Positions 17,105 to 28,429 are shown, numbered from the stretch's first letter. The stretch is 64,000 nucleotides of DNA from Eubacteriales bacterium (GCA_045585835.1 JAZMZG010000017.1:23377-87376), one strand, 5' to 3'. Made by a program: numbers and translations. The notes: generated by a model not told the origin, from the sequence alone.

Positions 17105-18283
17105 ATGGCACTTAATAAACATTTCTTCACATCGGAGTCCGTTACCGAAGGACATCCCGACAAAATTTGCGACCAAATATCCGATGCGGTACTCGACGCT
17201 ATTTTAGCAAAAGATAAATTCGCAAGAGTAGCTTGCGAAACCTGCACCACGACAGGTATCGTTATGGTTATGGGCGAGATCACCACAACTGCGGAAATTG
17301 ATATTCAAAACATTGTAAGAGAAACTGTAAGAGAGATAGGCTACGACGATTCCGCAAAAGGCTTTGACTGCAATACCTGTGCGGTAATCAGCTCTATCCA
17401 TACCCAATCCCCCGATATCGCTATGGGCGTTGACAAGGCTCTCGAAGCAAAAGAAGGTGAGCTTGTTGACAAGTACGATACGGGTGCGGGCGACCAAGGT
17501 ATGATGTTCGGCTTTGCTTGTGACGAAACTCCCGAGCTTATGCCCCTTCCCATCTCACTCGCTCACAGACTTTCCAAGAGACTTACCGACGTCAGAAAGA
17601 ACGGCACTCTCCCCTATCTTCGTGCAGACGGTAAGACGCAGGTCACCGTTGAGTACGGCGAAGACGGAAATCCCGTTAGAATCGACGCTATCGTCGTTTC
17701 TTCGCAGCACGATGAGAAGGTTACTTTGGAGCAGATAAGAAAAGACGTTATCGAAAACGTTATCACTCCCATCGTTCCCGCAAAGTTTATTGACGAGAAC
17801 ACGAAGATATACGTTAACCCCACAGGCCGTTTCGTTGTAGGCGGTCCTATGGGCGACAGCGGACTTACGGGAAGAAAGATCATAGTTGATACATACGGCG
17901 GATACGCTTGCCACGGCGGTGGCGCATTCAGCGGTAAGGATCCCACGAAGGTTGACAGAAGTGCGGCTTATGCGGCAAGATACGTTGCGAAGAACATTGT
18001 AGCGGCAGGTCTTGCTAAAGCTTGTGAAATTCAGCTTTCATACGCTATCGGCGTTGCGCGTCCCCTCTCCGTTTACATTGATACGAGAGGAACCAACACT
18101 ATCCCCGTAGAAGAGATCGAAAAGAGAGTTGCGGCAAACTTCGACTTCCGTCCCGCAGCTATCATCGAATACTTTGACCTTCGCAGACCTCTTTACAAGA
18201 ACACCGCTGCATACGGTCACTTCGGCAGAACAGACGTTGAGCTTCCTTGGGAAAAGACGGACCTTGCAGAGAAATTAAAGTAA
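17105..18283 (+). CDS. metK: S-adenosylmethionine synthetase
   Basis: [25 protein letters not shown]...[12 protein letters not shown]...[19 protein letters not shown]. Confidence 0.95.
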   Translation: MALNKHFFTSESVTEGHPDKICDQISDAVLDAILAKDKFARVACETCTTTGIVMVMGEITTTAEIDIQNIVRETVREIGYDDSAKGFDCNTCAVISSIHTQSPDIAMGVDKALEAKEGELVDKYDTGAGDQGMMFGFACDETPELMPLPISLAHRLSKRLTDVRKNGTLPYLRADGKTQVTVEYGEDGNPVRIDAIVVSSQHDEKVTLEQIRKDVIENVITPIVPAKFIDENTKIYVNPTGRFVVGGPMGDSGLTGRKIIVDTYGGYACHGGGAFSGKDPTKVDRSAAYAARYVAKNIVAAGLAKACEIQLSYAIGVARPLSVYIDTRGTNTIPVEEIEKRVAANFDFRPAAIIEYFDLRRPLYKNTAAYGHFGRTDVELPWEKTDLAEKLK

Positions 18284-18288
18284 AATTA

Positions 18289-18319
18289 AAGGGAGCTTTT
18301 AAAAGCTCCCTTGTTTTTT
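18289..18319 (+). terminator. Terminator after metK
   Basis: aagggagctttt/aaaagctccctt followed by gtttttt. Confidence 0.75.
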
Positions 18320-18329
18320 AGAGGAAATT

Positions 18330-19271
18330 ATGTGGATAGTTTGGTTGATTTTAGGCATCGTTTTGATTTTCGTGCTGTTCATATGGGGATTTTGTGAATA
18401 CTTTTTCAAAAAGTCATTTGCGAGGGTTGAAAAAGCCCAAATGGATAATATCGTAAAGGATTTTGACGAAAAATTTAATAAGAGTCACCTAAAAGGACAT
18501 TACGGCGGTATTTTGCACGGCAGAGAATTTGTAAAAAACACGCCCTTTGATGAGAAATATATCACCTCGCACGACGGGTATAAGCTCTACGCAAGGCATT
18601 ATCACGCAGAAAATCCCCGTGCGACCGTCATACTTTGTCACGGCTTCAGAAGTCACGGTACTCACGATTTTGCGATGATAGTCGAGCATTATTTAAAAAG
18701 GAATTTTGACGTTCTTTTGATAAGCCAGCGTGCGCACGTCGAAAGCGAAGGAAAATACATAGCCTTCGGTCAAATGGAGAGATTTGATATAATGTCTTGG
18801 CGCAAAACCATCGACGGCCCCGTGCTCCTTCACGGACTTTCGATGGGTGCGACCTCCGTGCTCCTTGCCGCTGAGCTTCCCGAAGTATCGGATAGCATAA
18901 TCGGCGTAATTGCAGACTGCGGATTTGATAATGCAAAAGATGAGTTTATCCACGTGGCACGTGATATGATTAAGATTCCCGTCCACCCCGCAGTCGATAT
19001 TATTGCATATATGACGACAAAGCGCATAGGGCTTGATATGTCACTTTCCGTTTCGGAGCATATAAACGACATCAAGGTGCCGCTGCTTCTCATACACGGC
19101 GAAAAGGACGATTTCGTGCCGTATGAAAACGTAAAGCGCATATACGAAGCGTTTGACGGAGAAAAGTATATCTTCACACAAAAAGATGCGGGGCACGCGA
19201 TGAGCTATCTTGAGGATATCGACGGATGCACTGCTGCTTTAGACGAATTTCTTAAAAAGTTACCCGTTTAA
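18330..19271 (+). CDS. Alpha/beta-fold hydrolase with N-terminal TM anchor
   Basis: HGFRSHG and the nucleophile elbow GLSMGA, with C-terminal DAGHAM (catalytic His). Confidence 0.7.
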   Translation: MWIVWLILGIVLIFVLFIWGFCEYFFKKSFARVEKAQMDNIVKDFDEKFNKSHLKGHYGGILHGREFVKNTPFDEKYITSHDGYKLYARHYHAENPRATVILCHGFRSHGTHDFAMIVEHYLKRNFDVLLISQRAHVESEGKYIAFGQMERFDIMSWRKTIDGPVLLHGLSMGATSVLLAAELPEVSDSIIGVIADCGFDNAKDEFIHVARDMIKIPVHPAVDIIAYMTTKRIGLDMSLSVSEHINDIKVPLLLIHGEKDDFVPYENVKRIYEAFDGEKYIFTQKDAGHAMSYLEDIDGCTAALDEFLKKLPV

Positions 19272-19272
19272 C

Positions 19273-19308
19273 AAAAATACAGCTCTGTCGAAACAGAGCT
19301 GTATTTTT
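19273..19308. terminator. Bidirectional terminator (hydrolase / argH)
   Basis: aaaaatacagctctg tcgaaa cagagctgtattttt. Confidence 0.75.
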
Positions 19309-20687
19309 TATATCTTTTGGCAAAATTCTTCCAAATACTTTATCTGAGCTTCAACGGACTTCGTTCCCGTGCCGCCTGCGGAGATTCTGCTTTCAACGCA
19401 AGCTTTAAGGTCGATGGCTTCATAAAGGTCTTTTTCGAACATTTCGCAAAATTCCTTATATTCTTCTATGGTGACTTCTTCAAGCACCTTGCCGTTTTTT
19501 ACGCAATACCCGACTATCTCGCCGACAGCCTTATATGCGCTTCTGAAAGGAAGGCCTTTTTTGGTTAAGTAATCCGCAAGGTCAGTGGCATTGATAAATC
19601 CTTTTTGCGCTGCGGAAAGCATATTTTCTTTGCATATCTTTGCAGTCCTTATCATAGGCGGGAAAACCTCAAGGCATTTTTTCACGGTATCCACGCCGTC
19701 GAAAATGCTCTCCTTGTCCTCCTGCATATCCTTATTGTATGCAAGCGGAAGTCCCTTGAGGACTGTAAGTATGCCCATAAGGTCACCGTATACACGTCCC
19801 GTTTTGCCTCGCACGAGCTCGGCAATATCGGGATTTTTCTTTTGAGGCATTATGCTTGAGCCCGTGGTATACGAATCGTCAAGCTCAATAAAGTGAAATT
19901 CCCAACTTGACCAAAGTATAACTTCCTCAGAAAAACGTGAAAGGTGCATCATAAGCGTTGCAAACGCCGCAAGAAGCTCTATGCAGAAATCTCTGTCGGA
20001 TACGCCGTCGATGCTGTTTAAGCATATACCGTCAAATCCGAGCTTTTCTGCCTCGAAATATCTGTCCGTATCGTAAGTGGTACCCGCAAGAGCGCAAGAG
20101 CCGATGGGGCTTACGTTCATTCTCTTTACGGCGTCCTTAATACGAGATACGTCCCTTGTGAGCATCATCGCATACGCAAGTAAATGGTGGGCAAAGCTTA
20201 TAGGCTGTGCTCTCTGAAGATGGGTATAACCGGGGCATATAGCCGTCTTGCCCTCATTAGCCTTATATATGACGGCAAGGATAAGTTCCTTTATAAGAGA
20301 AATTATCTCGGCCGATTCGTCACGCAAATAAAGCCTTATGTCAGTCGCAACCTGATCGTTACGGCTTCTTGCGGTATGAAGTCTCTTCCCCACGTCGCCG
20401 ATACGCTTTGTAAGCTCCGCTTCGACGAACATATGGATATCCTCTGCCGCAAGGTCGATAGCGAGAGATCCCGAATTTATATCTTCAAGGATAACGCCGA
20501 GCTCAGCGATTATCGTTTCGGCATCTTCTGCGCTTATTATGCCTTGCTTTGAAAGCATTGCGGCGTGCGCCATCGAGCCCTCGATATCCTGCTTATACAT
20601 TCTGCAGTCAAAATGCACCGATGAGTTAAAATCGTCTGCCGTTTTGTCGAGCGCTTTTTCAAAACGCCCTGCCCACATTTTATCCAT
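19308..20687 (-). CDS. argH: Argininosuccinate lyase
   Basis: MWAGRFEKALDKTADDFNSS...TARSRNDQVATD...GSSIMPQKKNPD. Confidence 0.95.
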   Translation of the reverse strand: MDKMWAGRFEKALDKTADDFNSSVHFDCRMYKQDIEGSMAHAAMLSKQGIISAEDAETIIAELGVILEDINSGSLAIDLAAEDIHMFVEAELTKRIGDVGKRLHTARSRNDQVATDIRLYLRDESAEIISLIKELILAVIYKANEGKTAICPGYTHLQRAQPISFAHHLLAYAMMLTRDVSRIKDAVKRMNVSPIGSCALAGTTYDTDRYFEAEKLGFDGICLNSIDGVSDRDFCIELLAAFATLMMHLSRFSEEVILWSSWEFHFIELDDSYTTGSSIMPQKKNPDIAELVRGKTGRVYGDLMGILTVLKGLPLAYNKDMQEDKESIFDGVDTVKKCLEVFPPMIRTAKICKENMLSAAQKGFINATDLADYLTKKGLPFRSAYKAVGEIVGYCVKNGKVLEEVTIEEYKEFCEMFEKDLYEAIDLKACVESRISAGGTGTKSVEAQIKYLEEFCQKI

Positions 20688-20692
20688 AATGA

Positions 20693-21922
20693 TTATTTGT
20701 CCTTATTCTTTTGGTTTACCTGCGCCTGTACGGAAACGGGAAGTCCCCAAAGGTTGATAAATCCGTTTGCGTCCTTTTGATCGTAAACGTGATCCTCACC
20801 GAAGGTTGCGATCTCCTCGCTGTAAAGCGACCAGTCGCTCCAAGCGCCCGCTTTTATCATATTGCCCTTGTAAAGCTTAACTCTTACCTTACCCGTAACG
20901 TGCTCCTGCGTCTTTGTAAAGAACGCGGAAAGTGCTTCGCGAAGAGGTGTGTACCACTGACCGTTGTAAAGAAGGTCTGCAAAGGGGATTGCAAGCTCCT
21001 GCTTCTTGTGCATGGTCATTTTGTCAAGGCAAAGCGTTTCGAGGTAGTTGTGTGCAAAGTAAAGAATCGCTCCGCCGGGTGTTTCGTATACGCCGCGGCA
21101 CTTCATTCCTACAAGGCGGTTTTCAACGATGTCAAGAAGTCCGATGCCGTTTGCGCCGCCGATAACGTTGAGCTTCAAAATGATATCCTTTGCGCTCATC
21201 TTCTCACCGTTTAATGCTACGGGTACGCCGCTTTCGAATTCGAGCTCTACGTATTCGGGCTTATCGGGTGCGTTAATGGGAGATACGCCCATCTCCAAGA
21301 AGCCTTCCTTTTCGTAAAGAGGCTCGTTGCCCGTATCTTCAAGGTCAAGTCCCTCGTGAGAAAGGTGCCAAAGGTTTTTATCCTTTGAGTAGTTTGTTTC
21401 TCTGCTTATCTTAAGAGGTACGTTATGTGCCTCTGCATAGTCTATCTCCTCTTCTCTTGACTTGATATCCCATTCACGCCAAGGAGCGATTATCTTCATA
21501 CCGGGAGCGAACGCCTTTACCGCAAGCTCAAAACGAACCTGGTCGTTACCCTTACCCGTGCAACCATGGCATACTGCATCTGCGCCCTCTGCAATAGCTA
21601 TCTCGGCAAGGCGCTTTGCGATAACGGGACGTGCAAGTGCAGTTCCGAGAAGATATTCCTCATATTTTGCTCCCGCCTGTACACAAGGTATTATAAGGTC
21701 GTTTACGAATTCGTCCGTGAGGTCTTCAACGTAAAGCTTCGATGCACCCGTCTTGAGTGCCTTTTCCTCAAGTCCTTCAAGCTCGTCAGCCTGTCCTACG
21801 TTGCCTGCAACGGCAATTATCTCGGGGTCATCGTAATTTTCTTTAAGCCACGGAATGATTATCGACGTATCAAGTCCGCCCGAATATGCAAGTACTATCT
21901 TTTTGATTTTCTTCTCACTCAT
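20693..21922 (-). CDS. argG: Argininosuccinate synthase
   Basis: [20 protein letters not shown]...[15 protein letters not shown]. Start at ATG 21922 with GGAGG 8 nt upstream. Confidence 0.95.
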   Translation of the reverse strand: MSEKKIKKIVLAYSGGLDTSIIIPWLKENYDDPEIIAVAGNVGQADELEGLEEKALKTGASKLYVEDLTDEFVNDLIIPCVQAGAKYEEYLLGTALARPVIAKRLAEIAIAEGADAVCHGCTGKGNDQVRFELAVKAFAPGMKIIAPWREWDIKSREEEIDYAEAHNVPLKISRETNYSKDKNLWHLSHEGLDLEDTGNEPLYEKEGFLEMGVSPINAPDKPEYVELEFESGVPVALNGEKMSAKDIILKLNVIGGANGIGLLDIVENRLVGMKCRGVYETPGGAILYFAHNYLETLCLDKMTMHKKQELAIPFADLLYNGQWYTPLREALSAFFTKTQEHVTGKVRVKLYKGNMIKAGAWSDWSLYSEEIATFGEDHVYDQKDANGFINLWGLPVSVQAQVNQKNKDK

Positions 21923-21937
21923 TGTTATATCCTCCAT

Positions 21938-21955
21938 TATGCATTATTTTGCATA
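21938..21955. promoter_or_regulatory. ARG-box-like 18-bp palindrome (candidate ArgR/AhrC operator)
   Basis: TATGCAttatttTGCATA compared with the ARG box TnTGAATwwwwATTCAnA gives 15/18 by my alignment. It lies just upstream of the argG RBS. Only a single box is seen. Confidence 0.3.
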
Positions 21956-22126
21956 AAATTTATATTTTGTATGTATACTATATCACATTTTGTGTATTTA
22001 TGCAATACCTTTTGTAAAAATATTTATAAAATTATCCATTTTTTTGTATTTTCGGCATATTGCAATAAAAACGCATTTTAAGCAGATAGATTGTATTTGA
22101 TATTGACAAAATAAGGGCATTATGAT

Positions 22127-23314
22127 ATGATTAAACGTAAGTATTTCATTGGCGGTGTAATGATGAATATTTTTAATCTTCCAACTAAAATAGTAATGAA
22201 CGAGGGCGCTTTGTCGTATATCAAACAGCTCAAGTTTGAAAGAGCTTGCATAATCTGTGACCCGTTCGTAGTACAGTCGGGACAGATAAAGCTCATAACG
22301 GATATACTCGACGAATGCGGCAGGGGCTATGCCATATTTTCCGATATAATGCCCGATGCGCCTATTGATAACATAAAGGACGGGCTTTCGAGGTTTGCAA
22401 CGCACAAGCCTGATGCCATAATTTCGATAGGCGGCGGCTCGGCACTGGATACGGCAAAGGCTATCGCATATTTTCATAATAGGATAACGGGTGAGATACC
22501 CACCTTGAAGATAGCTATTCCCACGACGAGCGGAACGGGCTCCGAAGTAACCTCTTTCTCCGTTATCTCCGATCCCGCATCAAGCTCGAAGTATCCGATA
22601 GTCGACGATAAACTCCTTCCGGACGTCGCTATCCTCGACCCCGAATTCGTGCGCTCCGTACCAAAGCCCATAACGGCGGCGACGGGTATGGACGTTTTGA
22701 CACACGCCATTGAAGCGTACGTTGCAAAGGGAACTGACGATTTTTCCGCTGCTCTTTCCGAAAAAGCCGCAAGACTCGTGTTCAAGTATCTGCCCAGAGC
22801 CTACGAGCACCCCGATAATTTGCGTGCGCGCTCTAAGATGCATAACGCTTCGTGTATGGCAGGTATAGCATTTAACCACGCAGGGCTCGGTCTTTGTCAC
22901 GGTATGGCACACGCATTAGGCGGAATGTTCCACATTCCTCACGGAAAGGCAAACGCGATACTCCTTCCGCACGTTATCATATATAACGCTGACTTCTTGA
23001 ACAATCCCGTACATACGAGCTACGTTGCCGATAAGTATGCATTCTTTGCGGGAATACTCGGATTTATCTCTCCGAGCACGAAGATCGGTCTTCCCTCGCT
23101 TATTCATGAAATCGGTAAGCTTATGAAGGCGGTAAACCTTGAAGATAATATCTCTATGCTCGGCATCGACAAGGATACCTTTATGGGAAGCCTTGACGCA
23201 CTTTCGGAGGCAGCTATAAACGATAACTGCACAAAGTCAAACCCGAGAGAAGTGACGAGAGAAGCGATAAAGGAGATATACCTAAACGCTTATTTCGGAC
23301 GCGGTCTTGTTTGA
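22127..23314 (+). CDS. Iron-containing (group III) alcohol dehydrogenase
   Basis: GGGSALDTAKAIA, TTSGTGSEVT, and His-rich HGMAHALGGMFHIPHG. An alternative start at 22160 (MMNIFNLPTKI) is plausible. Confidence 0.8.
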   Translation: MIKRKYFIGGVMMNIFNLPTKIVMNEGALSYIKQLKFERACIICDPFVVQSGQIKLITDILDECGRGYAIFSDIMPDAPIDNIKDGLSRFATHKPDAIISIGGGSALDTAKAIAYFHNRITGEIPTLKIAIPTTSGTGSEVTSFSVISDPASSSKYPIVDDKLLPDVAILDPEFVRSVPKPITAATGMDVLTHAIEAYVAKGTDDFSAALSEKAARLVFKYLPRAYEHPDNLRARSKMHNASCMAGIAFNHAGLGLCHGMAHALGGMFHIPHGKANAILLPHVIIYNADFLNNPVHTSYVADKYAFFAGILGFISPSTKIGLPSLIHEIGKLMKAVNLEDNISMLGIDKDTFMGSLDALSEAAINDNCTKSNPREVTREAIKEIYLNAYFGRGLV

Positions 23315-23324
23315 TGATATGTTT

Positions 23325-23351
23325 AAAGCACGGTGAAACTCACCGTGCTTT
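23325..23351. terminator. Bidirectional terminator
   Basis: aaagcacggtg aaact caccgtgcttt. Confidence 0.7.
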
Positions 23352-23357
23352 AGTTTT

Positions 23358-24512
23358 TTATTCTGCTCTGTAGACCGTTTTTCCGTCGATGACCGTCACA
23401 TAAACACTTGCGCCTACCGACGTGATAGGATCTTTGTTCCAAATAACAACGTCGCCATCCTTGCCGACCTCCAAACTGCCGACGCGGTCGCCGATGCCTG
23501 TATGATTTGCGGGATTTATCGTAATGGCTTTCCAAGCTTCCTCATAGGGTAAGCCCGATGCGGCGGCAAGCCCTGCGCACATCGGTAAACATCCAAGCGG
23601 ATCCCAAGGCGCATCGGTCATAATACTGATGGGGATGCCCGCTTTATGTAAAACGGCGGGTGTTTCAAAAGATCTATTTTTTATCTCCGGTTTATTCTTA
23701 CTGCCCAATACGGGACCAACGAATGCGGGATAATTTTCTTTAGCAAGCTCATCCGCTATAAGTGCGCCTTCCGTGCAGTGATCCAAAGTCAAACGAACGT
23801 CAAATTCCTTTGCAATACGTATCGCCGTGCATATATCGTCCGCACGGTGTACGTGTGCCTTAAGAGGTATCTCCTTTTTCATAACAGGAATCATAGCTTC
23901 AAGCTTTACGTCAAAAGCGGGTTCTTTTCCCTCTTCCTTTGCTTTAAGATAGTTACGGGATTTGAAAAGCAATTCCCTTAATAGCGCTGCCACTCCCATA
24001 CGGGTAATCGGCGCTTTTCTGCCGTTTTGACCGAATAAGCCTTTCGGATTTTCACCGAAAGCGCACTTCATAGCAATAGGCTCTTTGATTATCATATTGT
24101 CAACACGCTTACCCGCAAGTTTAATAGCCGCAAAGGTTCCGCCGACAACGTTTGCACTTCCCGGCCCTGTGCAAGCTGAAGTGACGCCGCATTTTACAGC
24201 TTCCTCAAAAGCTTCATCGAGAGGATTTATTCCGTCAATAGCACGCATTTGCGGAGTTACGGGATCAGAGCATTCGTTAAAATCCTCTCCCTCCCAACGT
24301 AATGCCGTATTATAAACGCCGATGTGACAATGCGCCTCGACACATCCGGGTGTCACAAGACGTCCGCAGGCGTCAATTACGTTCATATCTACAGTTTCTT
24401 CGATATTCTCTCCGACCGATACTATCTTTCCGTCATCACCGATCAAAACGTAACCGTTTTGATATTCCGTTTCTGCCATCGTTTTAATTCGTCCGTTTTT
24501 AATAAGAAGCAT
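23358..24512 (-). CDS. Amidohydrolase-superfamily metallo-hydrolase
   Basis: MLLIKNGRIKTM...VIDACGRLVTPGCVEAHCHIGV (HxH metal motif). 384 aa. Confidence 0.7.
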   Translation of the reverse strand: MLLIKNGRIKTMAETEYQNGYVLIGDDGKIVSVGENIEETVDMNVIDACGRLVTPGCVEAHCHIGVYNTALRWEGEDFNECSDPVTPQMRAIDGINPLDEAFEEAVKCGVTSACTGPGSANVVGGTFAAIKLAGKRVDNMIIKEPIAMKCAFGENPKGLFGQNGRKAPITRMGVAALLRELLFKSRNYLKAKEEGKEPAFDVKLEAMIPVMKKEIPLKAHVHRADDICTAIRIAKEFDVRLTLDHCTEGALIADELAKENYPAFVGPVLGSKNKPEIKNRSFETPAVLHKAGIPISIMTDAPWDPLGCLPMCAGLAAASGLPYEEAWKAITINPANHTGIGDRVGSLEVGKDGDVVIWNKDPITSVGASVYVTVIDGKTVYRAE

Positions 24513-24725
24513 TAAAATCTACCGCCTTTCAGTTTTTATTAAAGTAAGTGTTTGCTCTCTCACGTGCAGTATAGCAGAAAAGTATGGTCAAAGCAATAGA
24601 AAAGATGTCGCGAAAATAGCAAAAATGTTACTTTTGCGATATTCGCTCATAATAAATTCATCGCGGGAAAATTATTGCTTTTAACTTGAAGTTCAATTAT
24701 TTCAAAATTATTTTGCGCAAAAGTG

Positions 24726-24754
24726 TTGACAAAAGCTGCAACTTAGTATATAAT
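24726..24754 (+). promoter_or_regulatory. Consensus sigma-A promoter of the tRNA-Asp/Thr pair
   Basis: TTGACA (24726-24731), 17-nt spacer, TATAAT (24749-24754). Confidence 0.7.
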
Positions 24755-24773
24755 TCATAAGGTCGCGATATGT

Positions 24774-24850
24774 GGCTCGGTAGTTCAGTTGGTTAGAACG
24801 CCAGCCTGTCACGCTGGAGGTCGTGGGTTCGAGCCCCATCCGAGTCGCCA
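24774..24850 (+). tRNA. tRNA-Asp (anticodon GTC), CCA encoded
   Basis: ggctcggtagttcagttggttagaacgccagcctGTCacgctggaggtcgtgggttcgagccccatccgagtcgcca. Confidence 0.9.
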
Positions 24851-24926
<76 letters not shown>

Positions 24927-24958
24927 AAAATCCCGTTCTCGTAAGAGAGCGGGATTTT
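24927..24958 (+). terminator. Terminator after tRNA-Thr
   Basis: aatcccgttctc gtaa gagagcgggatt followed by tt. Confidence 0.65.
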
Positions 24959-25030
24959 CACTTTAACTATCGTTGCTTTTTTAAGTATTATATGATATAA
25001 TATATCAACACATAAATTTTGGAGGCTGTT

Positions 25031-25594
25031 ATGGCAAAAATAAGCTTAAAAGGCTCGACGATGCTCTCCCCCGTTCCTCCCGCTTTGGTAAGTGTGGGAA
25101 CTGTGGAAAACCCCAACGTCATCACTATCGCGTGGACGGGAATTCTCGCGTCAACTCCGCCTACGACATATATCTCCGTCAGAAAAGAAAGATTCTCGCA
25201 TCACATAATTAAGGAAAGCGGAGAGTTTGTTATTAACCTTTGCACCGTACCGCTTGTGGCGGCGGCAGACTACTGCGGCGTGAAAAGCGGTAAGGATACG
25301 GATAAATTCGCAAAATGCAATTTGACCGCAGAAAAAGCATCGGCTCTTTCCTCCTGCCCCGTTATAAAAGAAAGCCCCTTGAGCCTTGAATGTAAGGTGA
25401 GAGAAGTACTTGAGCTCGGCTCTCACGATATGTTTATCGCAGATATCGTCGCGGTTGACGTAGACGAGGAAATAATAGACAAAAAAGGCAAAATACACCT
25501 CGAAAAAGCAGGTCTTGCGGCCTACGCTCACGGGGAATATTTTGCCCTTGGTAAAAGAGTCGGCACTTTCGGTTATACCGTCAGAAAAAAATAA
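25031..25594 (+). CDS. Flavin reductase-like (flavoredoxin family) protein
   Basis: MAKISLKGSTMLSPVPPALVSVGTVENPNVITIAWTGILASTPPTTYISVRKERFSHHIIKESGEFVINL. GGAGG lies 5 nt upstream of ATG 25031. Confidence 0.75.
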   Translation: MAKISLKGSTMLSPVPPALVSVGTVENPNVITIAWTGILASTPPTTYISVRKERFSHHIIKESGEFVINLCTVPLVAAADYCGVKSGKDTDKFAKCNLTAEKASALSSCPVIKESPLSLECKVREVLELGSHDMFIADIVAVDVDEEIIDKKGKIHLEKAGLAAYAHGEYFALGKRVGTFGYTVRKK

Positions 25595-26398
25595 TTACTT
25601 GCTTTCAATATGCACGTCCATTTGAGGATAAGGTATGCTTATTTCGTATTTATCGAAAAGCTGCTTTATCCTCTCTTTTAATGCGAAATTTACGTCCCAA
25701 TAGTCAGCCCCCTTCGTCCATATACGCAAGGTGAACTCAAGTCCCTTGTCACCGTGGTTATTTACAACAGCTACGGGTGCAGGGTCCTTTAAAACAGCAT
25801 CGTTATCGTATGCCGCTTTCAAAAGTATAGCCTTTACGCTTTCAATATCGCTTTTATACGATACGTTGAAGACAAGGTCATTTCTTCTCGTATCGTGCGC
25901 CGAATAGTTCGTTATGGAGGAATTGGAAAGTGCGCCGTTTGGTACGGTTATCTGCTTATTATCGGGTGTTATAAGTGTAGTGTAGAAAATCGTAATGCTC
26001 TTTACCGTACCCGATACGCCCGTGCCTTCAATATAATCTCCGTCCTTGAACGGCTTAAATATGAGAAGCATAATGCCGCCCGCAAAGTTAGAAAGAGAGC
26101 CTTGAAGCGCAAGACCTATGGCAACGCCCGCAGATGCGAGTGCGGTTATGAACGAAGTTGCGGGAACACCCAAAACTATTGCAACGGATACAAATACGAC
26201 AGCATAAAGAGCTATTTTTATAAAGCTCATTATGAAATTTGCCAAAGTTTCGTCAAGGCGCTTATAGCCCCTTGTTTTCATTATCAGTTTAGGTAAAAAT
26301 TTCGCAAGCCACATTCCGACGCCAAATATAATTGCCGCAAATATAAGCTTTACTCCAACCGACTGTACAAGGTCGATGAAAAATACCTTCCAACTCAT
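25595..26398 (-). CDS. Small-conductance mechanosensitive channel (MscS family)
   Basis: Three N-terminal TM helices, then GSLSNFAGGIMLLIFKPFKDGDYIEG...TITNYS. Confidence 0.85.
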   Translation of the reverse strand: MSWKVFFIDLVQSVGVKLIFAAIIFGVGMWLAKFLPKLIMKTRGYKRLDETLANFIMSFIKIALYAVVFVSVAIVLGVPATSFITALASAGVAIGLALQGSLSNFAGGIMLLIFKPFKDGDYIEGTGVSGTVKSITIFYTTLITPDNKQITVPNGALSNSSITNYSAHDTRRNDLVFNVSYKSDIESVKAILLKAAYDNDAVLKDPAPVAVVNNHGDKGLEFTLRIWTKGADYWDVNFALKERIKQLFDKYEISIPYPQMDVHIESK

Positions 26399-26592
26399 AT
26401 TTTTTCTCCTTTATAAATACATTTTCCTATATTATATCATTCAAAAATTTCGGCTTCAAGTTAAATTATCCACAAAATTAAAGATTTTTTTCGTAGAAAA
26501 CGCTTAATTTTTTTATTTCTTAAAAAAGGGTTGACATTTTTTGAATTAAAGTCTATTCTACAAACGAATAAGGTTTTAGGAGGTATTTGATC

Positions 26593-28425
26593 ATGAGCGA
26601 CACACGCAAAGAGCAAGCCCTTGAAAACGAATTCGATGAATTGGAAAAGCAGCTTGAAGGCGAGGAAAGCTTCTTACGGTATTTCGAAAACGATTCCAAA
26701 CCTTTAAAAACACTTTTAAAGATCTACAAAGGTAACTATTGGAGAATCATCAAATCTGCAATATTTGTATTTTTAAAGTATCTGCCCGTTATCGCAGCAC
26801 CGATTTTTACAGCTTCCGCAATCGACCTTGTCGTATATGCGCACTCAAACAGTGTACCCTTGGACTATAAAAAACTTTTTATATATTTTTCTATTCTGCT
26901 CACGCTTTATCTTTTGAACATACCGCTTAACTATCTATACGTCAAAAATTCAAGCAAGGCAATAAGAAGCGTTGAGATAAAGCTGCGCAATACGATGGTA
27001 AGAAAGCTCCAACAACTTTCCCTTTCCTTCCACAAGGAAATGCAATCGGGACGCATACAATCCAAGATAATGCGAGACGTGGAAGCGATCGAGGCTCTCT
27101 CGGCACAAGCATTCGGAGGCGTGATAGAGATCATATTCAGCCTTGTATGTACTATCTGCATAACGATCGTACGTGCTCCCTCGGTGCTTTTGATATTCAT
27201 CGCACTCATACCAATTGAGCTTCTCGTCACAACGATGTTTAAAGCGACTATACGCAAAAGAAACGCAGACTTTCGCCGTGAGATAGAAAAAACGTCGGCG
27301 GCGGTAATGGAGATGGTAGAGCTTATTCCCGTCACCAAAGCGCACGCCTTGGAGGATATCGAAAGCGAGAAAATAAATCATCGGCTTAAAAAGGTCGCCT
27401 CCCGAGGATATGCGCTCGACGTGACGCAAGCCTTCTTCGGCTCTGTAAACTGGGTTACTGTATGCGTATTCCAAATAGTCTGTCTTGTTATAAACGTGCT
27501 TATGGCTACAAGAGGCGTGATATCTGTCGGTGACATATCGCTTTATCAAAGCTATTTTTCAAGCATAGCCAATAACGTATCAAGAATAATCGGCCTTTTA
27601 CCTATTTTGACAAAGGGCTTTGAGTCCGTTAAGTCCGTCGGCGACATTTTGGGTGCTTACGACATAGAGGATAACGAAGGAAAGCTTCAAGTTGAAAAAG
27701 TTGACGGTGAATACGAATTTTCAGACGTCAATTTCAGCTATAAAGAAGGCGACCCTGTTATTAAAAACCTAAATCTTAAAATCAACAAAGGCGAAACCAT
27801 CGCCCTCGTCGGTGAGTCGGGTTCGGGAAAATCCACTCTTATAAATATGGTCATCGGATTTTACAAAGCGCAAAGCGGAAAGCTTACCGTAGACGGTAAT
27901 GACATAAAGGACATTGACCTTCAGTCCTACCGTTCACATATTGCAGTCGTTCCTCAAAGCTCCGTGCTTTTCTCGGGTACGATAAGAGAAAACATTACAT
28001 TCGGTAACCCCAACATATCTGAAATGGAACTCTGGCATGCCATAAAAGCGGCCAACCTCGAAGAAATGGTAAGAAGAATGCCGCAAGGACTTAATACGCA
28101 AGTCGGAGAACACGGCGACAAGCTCTCGGGCGGTCAGAGGCAGAGAATATCTATTGCAAGAGCAATTATACGAAAACCGGATATCATCATTTTTGACGAA
28201 GCTACATCTGCGCTTGACAGCGTTTCGGAAAAGCTTATTCAAGAGGCTATCGACTATCTTTGCCGGGAAAAAACCACTTTCATCGTGGCACACAGACTTT
28301 CAACTATCCGCAACGCAGACAAGATTGCGGTACTTGAAAGAGGAAGATGCGTTGAATACGGTACATACGAAGAGCTTATGGAGAAAAAAGGCGCATTCTA
28401 TAATTATAAAATTTTGCAAACATAA
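26593..28425 (+). CDS. ABC exporter, fused permease/ATPase (MsbA/multidrug-type half transporter)
   Basis: Six-TM N-terminal domain. Walker A GESGSGKST, signature LSGGQRQR, Walker B IIIFDEATSALD. AGGAGG lies 9 nt upstream of ATG 26593. Confidence 0.9.
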   Translation: MSDTRKEQALENEFDELEKQLEGEESFLRYFENDSKPLKTLLKIYKGNYWRIIKSAIFVFLKYLPVIAAPIFTASAIDLVVYAHSNSVPLDYKKLFIYFSILLTLYLLNIPLNYLYVKNSSKAIRSVEIKLRNTMVRKLQQLSLSFHKEMQSGRIQSKIMRDVEAIEALSAQAFGGVIEIIFSLVCTICITIVRAPSVLLIFIALIPIELLVTTMFKATIRKRNADFRREIEKTSAAVMEMVELIPVTKAHALEDIESEKINHRLKKVASRGYALDVTQAFFGSVNWVTVCVFQIVCLVINVLMATRGVISVGDISLYQSYFSSIANNVSRIIGLLPILTKGFESVKSVGDILGAYDIEDNEGKLQVEKVDGEYEFSDVNFSYKEGDPVIKNLNLKINKGETIALVGESGSGKSTLINMVIGFYKAQSGKLTVDGNDIKDIDLQSYRSHIAVVPQSSVLFSGTIRENITFGNPNISEMELWHAIKAANLEEMVRRMPQGLNTQVGEHGDKLSGGQRQRISIARAIIRKPDIIIFDEATSALDSVSEKLIQEAIDYLCREKTTFIVAHRLSTIRNADKIAVLERGRCVEYGTYEELMEKKGAFYNYKILQT

Positions 28426-28429
28426 AAAC

